This document shows positions 16,289 to 24,981 of a stretch of DNA of 32,000 nucleotides, piece by piece (within the stretch, counting starts at the first letter, position 1; each line of letters begins with the position of its first letter). The notes under the pieces are model-generated. The model was not told the DNA's origin and did not search any database. It worked only from the letters and a program-made list of their open reading frames with translations. Origin of the DNA: a bacterium. Its GTDB lineage: Bacteria > UBP7 > UBA6624 > JBBIMK01. The DNA lies in the NCBI GenBank assembly GCA_037444445.1, contig JBBIMK010000002.1, positions 30,001-62,000 of the forward strand. Reading direction: 5' to 3'. The position numbers and the translations under genes are program-made.

Positions 16289-17050
16289 ATGATAGAGGCC
16301 ATCAACCTGCGGAAGTCTTATGGGAATACAGAAGTGTTAAAAGGGGTGAGTTTTCAGGTACAAAAGGGTGAAATATACGGATATCTGGGGCCGAACGGGG
16401 CGGGGAAAACCACCACCCTGAGAATTTTAACCGGGATGATGAAACCCACTTCTGGCACGGCGAAAGTGGCAGGATTTTCTGTGACTGAGGAACCGTTACA
16501 GGTGAAAAGGCGAATTGGTGTTGTGCCCGAATCAGGCGCCCTCTACGAATACCTCACTCCCAGAGAATTCCTGACCTTTTGCGGAGACCTGTATGAAATC
16601 CCGGAAAAAATCCTTCATCAAAGAATCCCGGAATACCTGGAATTCTTTCATCTTCTTCCTCATATAGACGCCCCCCTCAGCACCTTTTCTAAAGGGATGA
16701 AGCAGAAGGTTGTGCTCATTTCCGCTCTTCTGCACGACCCTGAAGTGCTGTTCCTGGACGAGCCACTCAGTGGGTTAGATGTGAATGCCGCTATACTGGT
16801 TAAGGATTTGTTGAAGCGGTTATCCAGCCAGGGCAAAACAATTTTTTATAGTTCCCACATTCTGGAAGTCGTAGAGAGGCTCTGTCACCGGGTGGCAGTG
16901 ATTGATGAAGGGCTCATCCTTTCTGAGGGAAAAATGGAGGAACTCGTCGGTGGTGAAAAGGCGCAAACTCTGGAGGAAGTTTTCCGACGCCTCACAAAAG
17001 AAGGAGAAGAAAATCACGAGGTGAAAGCCTTTGTCCGAGCGCTTCAGTAG
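16289..17050 (+). CDS. ABC transporter ATP-binding protein
   Basis: Walker A GPNGAGKTT, Q-loop, signature FSKGMKQKV (LSGGQ-like), Walker B VLFLDEPLSGLD and an H-loop SSH. The start is either ATG 16289 or TTG 16277. Confidence 0.9.
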   Translation: MIEAINLRKSYGNTEVLKGVSFQVQKGEIYGYLGPNGAGKTTTLRILTGMMKPTSGTAKVAGFSVTEEPLQVKRRIGVVPESGALYEYLTPREFLTFCGDLYEIPEKILHQRIPEYLEFFHLLPHIDAPLSTFSKGMKQKVVLISALLHDPEVLFLDEPLSGLDVNAAILVKDLLKRLSSQGKTIFYSSHILEVVERLCHRVAVIDEGLILSEGKMEELVGGEKAQTLEEVFRRLTKEGEENHEVKAFVRALQ

Positions 17051-17084
17051 TCTTCGGTCGTTCAAAGCTTTGTGGAGAATCTCT

Positions 17085-18701
17085 ATGAAGCAGAACCTGG
17101 GGCAGCTCCGTCTCAGCGGAACGGCATGGGCTTCCACTTCTGGTGGATGGTGGGCTTTTGCCTTCTCGTGTTTCTTTTTGCTCCTGTATGGAATCCTATC
17201 TTTATTTTTTATCTCTTTCTCCCGGGATTACTTCAACGGGCTGGTGATTGCCTACACCATTCTTTTTGTGGTTCAGGCTTTTCTGATTCTAACGAACTTC
17301 AGTGGGCTCGTGGCGGCGCCGGAAGATTTTGACCGTCTGGCTTTTCGCCCTATCTCCTCCTCCCTGTACTTCTATGTCAAAGTCTCGCTGATTTCTTTTT
17401 TCTCCTTCATCTGGGCCCTCTGCTTCTCTTTCCCTGTCACCCTCTGGTATCTGTTCACCTCCTATCCTCAGGTTTCTGCAGGTTTCTTGCTGGGTATCTT
17501 CCTGCAAACCTTTTTCATTATTTCCTTGAGTATGCTGGGTTATATTACTGTGGTGAAACGCTTCGGAAAGCAAAAGTTTCAGACAGTTCTGGATATTTTT
17601 CAGTTTCTCTTTACACTGGCACTGCTGGGCATTGCTTATTTACAGCAGAATCTGTTCCGCATCAGCGCCATAGGCACTCCCATCTTATTGCAGGGGCTAC
17701 GGGACCGGTGGTGGGTTTTCCTCCTTCCCTCATCCTGGTTTGCAAGCCTGACCGCTTTCTTTGTGAACGACCCGATGGTGCATCTTCGGATAGCGGGTTT
17801 AGCCGGAGGGTTATTGACCTTTTCTCTTCTGATTTACATTTTAACCCGACTACCAGGGGGCTACCTGATGGCTTTATCCGAAGTCTTGAAAGAAACCGGT
17901 GCTGGGTCACCCCGAAAACTCTTTCTTCCTTTTCAGAGCATTTTGAATCAAATCCCCTGGGAGAGGTGGATAAAAAACCGAACCCAGCGAACACTGACGC
18001 GATTCTTCTTTACGACCATTTTCCGAGAGCCAAAATCCCGAATGACTCTTTTGACCCTGGTCGTGGTGAGTTTCCTTTTCATTCTTTTTCTGTCCTTTGG
18101 TGTGAAATTGCCCGAGGAAATAAATCCTGCGGACCGATATTTATTCTCGGTTACTCGCACCCTGGAGCGCACTATGTATTTCATCTCCATCTTTTATGTC
18201 ATGGCTGTGGCACATTTCTTGAATCTGCATCTTCAACATTCTCGCTATTATCCAGCTTCCTGGATTTACTACGTTGTGCCTCACAAGGCTTCCTCTATCC
18301 TCGCGTGCTACTGGAGAATCCTCTTCACTCTGGTGGCTTCTTTATTCTTGCTCTTGTTCGGAGTTTTCTTTTTACGCTTTGCCTTTTCCTGGTTGATGGT
18401 CCAGGAACTCATCGTGGTTTTTTGGATTCTCATCCTCAGCACTCAACTGACTTACCTGCTTTATCCCCGTTTTTTATTCTCTGCTTCTGAATCAGAAGAA
18501 AGAAAACCTTCTCACAAACTTCTGATGACCCTGGCTGTGCCTGCCGTTGCTTTCAGCGTCACTTTTGCTTTGATTCTCTCACTCTCTAAAGGACTTCCAG
18601 TTTTTGGGCTGGAACTCATATTATTGACAGGGATTGGTTGGGTGCTATGGCGAAAAATGGAGCCCGGGGTGGAGAAGAGATTAGAAGATGTGGAGGTATG
18701 A
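17085..18701 (+). CDS. Polytopic membrane protein, probable permease partner of the ABC ATPase
   Basis: About 540 aa with many long hydrophobic segments throughout. I prefer the ATG at 17085, with GGAG 7 nt upstream. The track TTG start at 17031 would overlap the ABC gene by 20 nt. I cannot name a family from motifs. Confidence 0.75.
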   Translation: MKQNLGQLRLSGTAWASTSGGWWAFAFSCFFLLLYGILSLFFISFSRDYFNGLVIAYTILFVVQAFLILTNFSGLVAAPEDFDRLAFRPISSSLYFYVKVSLISFFSFIWALCFSFPVTLWYLFTSYPQVSAGFLLGIFLQTFFIISLSMLGYITVVKRFGKQKFQTVLDIFQFLFTLALLGIAYLQQNLFRISAIGTPILLQGLRDRWWVFLLPSSWFASLTAFFVNDPMVHLRIAGLAGGLLTFSLLIYILTRLPGGYLMALSEVLKETGAGSPRKLFLPFQSILNQIPWERWIKNRTQRTLTRFFFTTIFREPKSRMTLLTLVVVSFLFILFLSFGVKLPEEINPADRYLFSVTRTLERTMYFISIFYVMAVAHFLNLHLQHSRYYPASWIYYVVPHKASSILACYWRILFTLVASLFLLLFGVFFLRFAFSWLMVQELIVVFWILILSTQLTYLLYPRFLFSASESEERKPSHKLLMTLAVPAVAFSVTFALILSLSKGLPVFGLELILLTGIGWVLWRKMEPGVEKRLEDVEV

Positions 18702-18704
18702 AAG

Positions 18705-20732
18705 ATGCAGGATGTAAGGAAAATTCGGAATGTTACACTCCTGGGACACGCTGGATGTGGAAAGACTTCTCTGGGTGAAAGCCTTTTATTCCACGCAGGT
18801 GCCACCACGCGTCTCGGCCGTGTAGATGACGGCACCTCCATCCTGGATTTTTACCCGGAAGAACTGGAACGGAAAAGCACTTTCACACTTTCTCTGGCAT
18901 CCTTCGTGTGGGAGGGACACTGGTTCAACCTCATAGACCCTCCTGGGTTTCTGGATTTTGCTGGTGATGTGAGCAGTGCTCTACGGGCCGCTGACTGTTC
19001 CATCCTGGTAATCCATGCAGGAGAGGGGGTCCAGGTGGGAACGGAAGTTTACTGGGATATGGCTTCCCGCCAGGGACACTCCCGCATCCTCTTTGTGAAT
19101 CAAATGGGCTGTGAGAATGCCCGGGACCGACTGTCGGAAGTGAGAGAAACTCTGGGAGATGGAATCGTAGCTCTTCAGGTTCCCACAGGTGCTGGCATTT
19201 CCTTTGAGGGCATTACTGAAGTTCTCAAAGCGAAAGAGCCCTACTCTAACGAAATCCTTCAAGCCAGAGAGCAACTCCTGGAAACTCTTTCGGAATTCTC
19301 GGATTCCTTTGCAGAAAAATATCTGGAAGGCAAAGAAATCTCTCCGGAGGAGATTCTGAAGACCCTCAAGGAAGGAGTGCAGGCGGGAAAAATTTTCCCT
19401 CTCCTGTACGGCGATGCTCTTCAGGGTAAAGGAATCAAAGAGTTATTGTCTGCAATTATTGCCTTTTTTGGTTCACCTCTGGATATTTCACCTCTGAAGT
19501 GTCAGGACAGTGAGAACCTGATTCAGGTGAAGCCTGATGGCCCACTGGTTGGGCTCATTTTCAAAACCGTCAGTGAACCTCATATAGGGGAAATTTCTTA
19601 TATTCGGGTGTTCTCCGGGGAATTGAGAGCCGGAATGGAGGTCTGGAACGCTTCCAACGGCACTACGGAAAAAGTCAGTCAAATTTTCTCCGTTTTCGGG
19701 AGGGAACGCAAGGAGATTCCTTCAGTGCCCACCGGCGGAATCGCTGCACTGGTCAAATTACGAAATACTACTACCGGCCATACCCTGTGTGAAAAAAATC
19801 ATCCCTGCAAACTGCTCCCGGTGGAATACCCCAGGCCTTCCATTTATGAAGCGGTTGTTCCCAAAACTCGTGGCGATGAAGAACGCTTCTCGGAAGCGTT
19901 AAGCAAATTGAGAATTGAAGACCCCTCTTTCACTTTTCATTACAACCCCGAACTGAAACAATACTTAATCTATGGATTAGGAGAGCAGCACTTAAATATC
20001 ATTCAAATGAAGATGAAGAAAAAATTTAACGTAGAAGTGGTCATCCAGAAACCCAAGGTGCCCTATCGGGAAACGATTCGTAAAACTGCAGAAGCCATGG
20101 GGAAATATGTGAGGCAAAGCGGTGGGCGTGGTCAATACGGCATCTGCTTTTTGAGGGTTAGACCTCTTGCCCGGGGTGCAGGATTTGAATTTTCCAACGA
20201 TATTTTTGGCGGCGCCATCCCTAACACCTTTATCCCCTCGGTAGAAACCGGTGTCAGGAAAGCCATTGATAAAGGGGTTCTGGCAGGATGTCCGATCGTA
20301 GACATTCATGTTTCCCTGTTTGATGGAAAATATCATCCTGTGGATTCCTCCAATATTGCCTTTGAAATCGCCGGTTCTATGGGATTAAAAGCGGCAGAAG
20401 AACAAGCCGAACCCTATCTTCTGGAGCCGATTTACACTGTGGAAGTCACTGTGCCCGAGGAGAATATGGGAGATATCATCGGGGATTTAAATGCTCGCCG
20501 GGCGAAAATCCTCGGCATGGATTCCAGAGGGAAAACGAGCACGGTGAAGGCACAAGTCCCTCTGGCAGAAATGTATAAATACGCCAATGTCTTGAAATCC
20601 ATCACCCGGGGACGAGGGCTTTATTCAATGGAATTCTCCCATTATGAGGAAGTTCCCAGGGAACTCGCCATTCGGCTCATTCCGGAAATCCGAAAAGAGC
20701 GCGGTATAGACACTGCTGTAAAGGAGGAGTAA
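18705..20732 (+). CDS. Elongation factor G paralogue with degenerate GTPase motifs
   Basis: 675 aa with GGAGG 8 nt upstream. It shows EF-G architecture, with P-loop GHAGCGKTS, domain II, and the domain IV tip DGKYHPVDSSNIAFEIAG. G3 reads DPPGFLDF and G4 reads NQMG rather than DxPGH and NKxD. Confidence 0.9.
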   Translation: MQDVRKIRNVTLLGHAGCGKTSLGESLLFHAGATTRLGRVDDGTSILDFYPEELERKSTFTLSLASFVWEGHWFNLIDPPGFLDFAGDVSSALRAADCSILVIHAGEGVQVGTEVYWDMASRQGHSRILFVNQMGCENARDRLSEVRETLGDGIVALQVPTGAGISFEGITEVLKAKEPYSNEILQAREQLLETLSEFSDSFAEKYLEGKEISPEEILKTLKEGVQAGKIFPLLYGDALQGKGIKELLSAIIAFFGSPLDISPLKCQDSENLIQVKPDGPLVGLIFKTVSEPHIGEISYIRVFSGELRAGMEVWNASNGTTEKVSQIFSVFGRERKEIPSVPTGGIAALVKLRNTTTGHTLCEKNHPCKLLPVEYPRPSIYEAVVPKTRGDEERFSEALSKLRIEDPSFTFHYNPELKQYLIYGLGEQHLNIIQMKMKKKFNVEVVIQKPKVPYRETIRKTAEAMGKYVRQSGGRGQYGICFLRVRPLARGAGFEFSNDIFGGAIPNTFIPSVETGVRKAIDKGVLAGCPIVDIHVSLFDGKYHPVDSSNIAFEIAGSMGLKAAEEQAEPYLLEPIYTVEVTVPEENMGDIIGDLNARRAKILGMDSRGKTSTVKAQVPLAEMYKYANVLKSITRGRGLYSMEFSHYEEVPRELAIRLIPEIRKERGIDTAVKEE

Positions 20733-20739
20733 AACGGTT

Positions 20740-21252
20740 ATGAAAATCCTTCGTGGAAAAGTGTTTAAATTTGGAGACAATGTGGATACGGATGTCATCA
20801 TCCCGGCCCAGTATTGTGCGTCCAGTGAGCCCTCTTTCCTCGGTGTTCACTGCATGGAAGGGCTGGATGCGGAGTTCTCTAAAAAAGTTCAACCCGGAGA
20901 TATTCTCGTGGGTGGGGAGAACTTTGGCTGTGGGTCGTCCCGAGAGCAAGCCCCTCTGGCAATCCTGGGATGTGGTCTCTCGGCCGTGGTGGCGAAATCT
21001 TTCGCCAGAATCTTTTATCGCAATGCGATTAATATCGCACTGCCCATCGTGGTCGCCCCCTTAGCGGCGGAAGAAGCACAGACGGGAGATATTCTGGAAA
21101 TTGACCTGGATACGGGCAAAATCTTCAATATTACTCGCCAGACTTCCTATCAGGCTAATCCTTTCCCCCCTTTCGTGCAGGAAATCATTTCAGCGGGTGG
21201 ATTGGTGAATTATGTAAAAGCGAAAAAAAGGGAAATGAAAAATCCCGCTTAA
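20740..21252 (+). CDS. Aconitase-family small subunit (LeuD / homoaconitase small-subunit type)
   Basis: 170 aa with [28 protein letters not shown] and [11 protein letters not shown]. An AGGAGG RBS is present. There is no large subunit anywhere in the window. Confidence 0.85.
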   Translation: MKILRGKVFKFGDNVDTDVIIPAQYCASSEPSFLGVHCMEGLDAEFSKKVQPGDILVGGENFGCGSSREQAPLAILGCGLSAVVAKSFARIFYRNAINIALPIVVAPLAAEEAQTGDILEIDLDTGKIFNITRQTSYQANPFPPFVQEIISAGGLVNYVKAKKREMKNPA

Positions 21253-21270
21253 AGGAGGCGTTATTCTGTA

Positions 21271-22464
21271 ATGAAACGAAATCAGCAGGAAGTTTTTATT
21301 CTGGAGGGTGCTCGCACGCCCTTCGGAAAGTTTCTCGGCTCTTTTAAGAATACGGATGCGAACATTTTGGGCAGTATCGCAGCAAAGGCTGCCATGCAAA
21401 AATCGGGTGTGGAACCCCGGGAGATTGACCATGTGGTGTTTGGAAATGTAATTCAAAGCTCTCCCCAGGCTATCTATACTGCCCGTCATGTGGCTCTTTA
21501 TTCAGGAATCCCTCAGGAAGTTCCCGCTCTCACGGTGAATAGGCTATGCGGAAGCGGGGCGGAAGCCATCGTCCAGGCCTGCTATCTGATTCTCAGTGGA
21601 GAAGCAGACCTGGTTCTGGCGGGTGGCACGGAGAATATGACTCAGATCCCCCATGTGATTCGGGGCGCTCGCTTTGGAACAAAATACGGAGAAATTGTCG
21701 CCAGAGATTATCTCTGGGAATCCCTCAATGACGATTATTGTGGTCTTCAAATGGCTTTAACCGCAGAAAAACTCGCAGAAATCTATAAGATCACCCGACA
21801 GGATGCCGATGAATATGCATACTTGACTCAAATGCGATATAAACTGGCGAAAGAGGCCGGTGTCTTTCAGGAAGAAATCGTGCCCGTGGAAGTCACCGAG
21901 GGGAAGAATGTAATCCTGGTCCAGGAAGATGAACACCCGCGTCCGGATACCACTCTGGAGGGGCTGGCTCAGTTGAAACCCGTGTTCAAGAAAGATGGCA
22001 TCATCACAGCGGGAAATTCCAGCGGAATTGTAGATGGTGCAGCTGCCGTCGTGGTGGCTTCAGAAAGAAAGGTGAAAGAAAAGGGCTTAAAGCCTCTGGG
22101 GCGGGTTGTGTCCTGGGGCCACTCTGCGGTGGACCCCAGCATCATGGGAATTGGACCCGCTCCTGCCAGCCGAAAAGCCCTGCAAAAAGCCAACCTTTCC
22201 CTGGATCAGATTGACCGCATTGAGGTCAACGAAGCCTTCGTCCCTCAGTATTTAGCCGTGGAGAAAGAATTGGGTTTAGACCGAGAGAAAACGAATGTGA
22301 ATGGCGGAGCCACGGCCGTTGGCCATCCCCTGGCCGCCACAGGCGCTCGCCTGACTTACACCGTGTTGAAGGAGATGAAAAGAAAGGCTCTTACCTACGG
22401 GCTCGCCAGTATGTGCATCGGCGGAGGGCAGGGAATTACCCTCATCGTGGAAAATGTCCGCTGA
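21271..22464 (+). CDS. Acetyl-CoA acetyltransferase (thiolase II)
   Basis: 397 aa with the active-site Cys in VNRLCGSGAEA, then GNSSGIVDGAAA, NVNGGATAVGHPLAATGARL and MCIGGGQG. Confidence 0.9.
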   Translation: MKRNQQEVFILEGARTPFGKFLGSFKNTDANILGSIAAKAAMQKSGVEPREIDHVVFGNVIQSSPQAIYTARHVALYSGIPQEVPALTVNRLCGSGAEAIVQACYLILSGEADLVLAGGTENMTQIPHVIRGARFGTKYGEIVARDYLWESLNDDYCGLQMALTAEKLAEIYKITRQDADEYAYLTQMRYKLAKEAGVFQEEIVPVEVTEGKNVILVQEDEHPRPDTTLEGLAQLKPVFKKDGIITAGNSSGIVDGAAAVVVASERKVKEKGLKPLGRVVSWGHSAVDPSIMGIGPAPASRKALQKANLSLDQIDRIEVNEAFVPQYLAVEKELGLDREKTNVNGGATAVGHPLAATGARLTYTVLKEMKRKALTYGLASMCIGGGQGITLIVENVR

Positions 22465-23464
22465 CTCATTTTCGTCTTCTACAAATCTTAAAGTCTATGA
22501 TAATATCCTTCAAACCATTGGTCACACCCCTTTGGTTCGTCTATCAAAACTGGGTTCACATCTTTCAGGGAGGCTCCTGGCAAAATTAGAAATGATGAAC
22601 CCCGGTGGGAGCGTGAAAGACCGGATGGCGATTTATATGGTCCAAAAGGCGGAGGAACAGGGGCTTTTGAATCCCGGTGGAACCCTCATAGAAAACACTT
22701 CTGGTAATACGGGAGTGGGATTAGCCCTGTATTCTGCCATCAAAGGCTACCGCTGTATCTTCACCATCCCGGATAAAATGGCGAAGGAAAAGATAGATTT
22801 ATTAAAGGCCTATGGAGCAGAGGTTATCATCTGCCCCTATGCTGTTCCGGCGGAAGACCCGAGAAGTTATTATGAAGTGGCAAAGCGATTGGCGAAAGAG
22901 ATTCCGAACTCCTTTCATGTGCAACAGCACTTGAATCCAGCAAACCCGGAAGCCCATTACCATTCCACAGGACCGGAAATCTGGGAACAAACCGAAGGAC
23001 GAATCCATGCGTTGGTGGCAGGCATTGGCACTGGTGGCACCATTTCAGGCACATCTAAATACCTGAAAGAACGAAAACCGGATATACGAACTATCGGCGT
23101 AGACCCCGTTGGCTCCATCTATTACTCTTACTTCAAAACTGGACAGCCTGAGGAAGCCTTCCCTTACCAGGTGGAAGGAATTGGGGAAGATATTCTTTGC
23201 CCCACGGTATGGTGGGAATATATTGATGATGTGATTCAGGTGGCGGACCGGGACGCCTTTTTAATGACTCGACGCCTGGCAAGAGAAGAAGGAATCCTTG
23301 CGGGTGGGTCCAGCGGTGCTGCCGTCTGGGCTGCCCTCCAGGTAGCTCCTTCCTTCCCGCCTGACTCCTCCATTGTGGTTATTCTTCCCGACACGGGCGC
23401 TCGTTATATCTCCAAAATCTATAATGATGACTGGATGAAAGAAAAAGGTTATCTGCCGAAATAA
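22454..23464 (+). CDS. PLP-dependent cysteine synthase / cystathionine beta-synthase-family enzyme (no Bateman domain)
   Basis: 336 aa with IGHTPLVRL, the PLP-lysine motif GGSVKDRMA, TSGNTGVGLA and GIGTGGTISG. It overlaps the thiolase stop by 11 nt. Confidence 0.9.
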   Translation: MSADSFSSSTNLKVYDNILQTIGHTPLVRLSKLGSHLSGRLLAKLEMMNPGGSVKDRMAIYMVQKAEEQGLLNPGGTLIENTSGNTGVGLALYSAIKGYRCIFTIPDKMAKEKIDLLKAYGAEVIICPYAVPAEDPRSYYEVAKRLAKEIPNSFHVQQHLNPANPEAHYHSTGPEIWEQTEGRIHALVAGIGTGGTISGTSKYLKERKPDIRTIGVDPVGSIYYSYFKTGQPEEAFPYQVEGIGEDILCPTVWWEYIDDVIQVADRDAFLMTRRLAREEGILAGGSSGAAVWAALQVAPSFPPDSSIVVILPDTGARYISKIYNDDWMKEKGYLPK

Positions 23465-23511
23465 AAAGTTTGAAAATTGAAGGATATAAAAATCCATAGG
23501 GGGCGCAAAAA

Positions 23512-23835
23512 ATGAATAAAATTGTGGGGGTGGGGATCTTTTTCCTGTTTTTTACTGGATGTGGCCTGTTCAAAGATTATAAACTTGGACAGGCTCTCCG
23601 GCAAACCATGGAGAAGGATGCCGCCATTGCCTCCTATCTGACGGGTGGTGAGATAAGAGTCATGGTAAAGGGCAAAAAAGCCATTATCTGGGGAAGTGTG
23701 TGCAATCAGAATGAAATAGAACGGCTATCCATCATTGCCAGGAATGTTCCAGGCATTCAGGGGGTAGACAACCGAGTAGGGTTGAAAGACTGTGGGAGTG
23801 CGGCGAACCCCTTATTCTTAAATCCTTTTGAATAA
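23512..23835 (+). CDS. Small BON-domain lipoprotein
   Basis: 107 aa with a lipobox-like FFTGC after a hydrophobic N-terminus. It has a BON-like core (IRVMVKGKKAIIWGSV...IARNVPGIQGVDNRV). AGGGGG lies 9 nt upstream. Confidence 0.7.
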   Translation: MNKIVGVGIFFLFFTGCGLFKDYKLGQALRQTMEKDAAIASYLTGGEIRVMVKGKKAIIWGSVCNQNEIERLSIIARNVPGIQGVDNRVGLKDCGSAANPLFLNPFE

Positions 23836-23847
23836 TTAGAAATAGCT

Positions 23848-24981
23848 GTGAAATTTGAGACGAAAGCAATTCATGCAGGACAAGCACCTGACCCTTCCAC
23901 TGGCGCCATCATCCCACCTATTTTCCAAACTTCCACCTATGTCCAGGAAGCTCCCGGAAAGCACAAAGGCTATGAGTATTCTCGAACTCAAAACCCTACG
24001 CGTAAAGCCCTGGAGGAGTGCCTGGCTGAGTTAGAAGATGGGAAATTCGGATTTGCCTTTTCCTCCGGAATGGGAGCCATCAACACAGTCCTGAATCTGT
24101 TGAAAACGGGTGACCATATCCTTGCCTGTGAGGATTTATATGGGGGCACCCGGCGAATCTTTCAGGGAGTTTATGCCCGGTATGGAATTTCTGTTTCCTA
24201 TGTAGAAGGAACAAAAATGAACGAATTAAGGAAAGCCATTCAAAGAAATACCCGATTACTGTGGTTGGAAACACCAACTAACCCTCTGTTAAAAATTCTC
24301 AATATCAGGGAATGGGCAAGATGGGCACATCATCATTCTGCGTGGTTAGCGGTGGACAATACTTTCGCCACTCCTTACCTTCAGCGTCCTCTTGAATTAG
24401 GAGCCGACATCGTCGTTCACTCCACCACAAAATATCTGGGTGGGCATTCCGATGTAGTAGGCGGGGCGATTGTGGTGAATGACCCAGAAATCGCCCGGGA
24501 AATCTCCTTTTACCAGAATGCCGTAGGAGCAGTCCCGGGCCCCTTTGATGCCTGGCTGGTTCTCCGGGGTATCAAAACTCTCGCACTCCGCATGGAACGC
24601 CACTGCGATAATGCGGAAAAAATCGCCGAATTCTTACGAAACCATCCAGGGGTGAAAAAAGTCTATTACCCGGGCTTGCCCTCCCATCCCGGATATATCC
24701 TCGCAAAACGCCAGATGAAACGCTTCGGGGGAATGATTTCCTTTGAATTAAAAAATGAGCGAGAAGCGCTGAAAGTGTTATCCCGGGCGAAAATATTCGC
24801 TCTGGCAGAAAGCCTGGGGGGTGTAGAATCGCTGATAGAACATCCAGCAAGGATGACCCATGCTACCCTCTCGCCAGAAATTCGAAAAAAAATCGGTATT
24901 TCCAATAGCCTCCTACGCCTTTCTGTTGGTATTGAACACATAGATGACTTGCTGGAAGATTTGAAGCAGGCGTTAGGCTGA
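23848..24981 (+). CDS. Cys/Met-metabolism PLP enzyme (cystathionine gamma-lyase / gamma-synthase family)
   Basis: 377 aa with a GTG start. Motifs are FETKAIHAGQ, YSRTQNPT, the PLP lysine in HSTTKYLGGHSD, and ESLGGVESLIEHPA. Confidence 0.9.
   Translation: MKFETKAIHAGQAPDPSTGAIIPPIFQTSTYVQEAPGKHKGYEYSRTQNPTRKALEECLAELEDGKFGFAFSSGMGAINTVLNLLKTGDHILACEDLYGGTRRIFQGVYARYGISVSYVEGTKMNELRKAIQRNTRLLWLETPTNPLLKILNIREWARWAHHHSAWLAVDNTFATPYLQRPLELGADIVVHSTTKYLGGHSDVVGGAIVVNDPEIAREISFYQNAVGAVPGPFDAWLVLRGIKTLALRMERHCDNAEKIAEFLRNHPGVKKVYYPGLPSHPGYILAKRQMKRFGGMISFELKNEREALKVLSRAKIFALAESLGGVESLIEHPARMTHATLSPEIRKKIGISNSLLRLSVGIEHIDDLLEDLKQALG

Noticed and set aside
17708-18490. 260-aa plus-strand ORF in an alternative frame of the membrane protein gene
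   Set aside because: It is an out-of-frame overlap with a continuous 540-aa hydrophobic ORF that has a proper RBS and fits the operon spacing. The alternative frame has a Ser/Pro/Arg-rich composition typical of off-frame translation.
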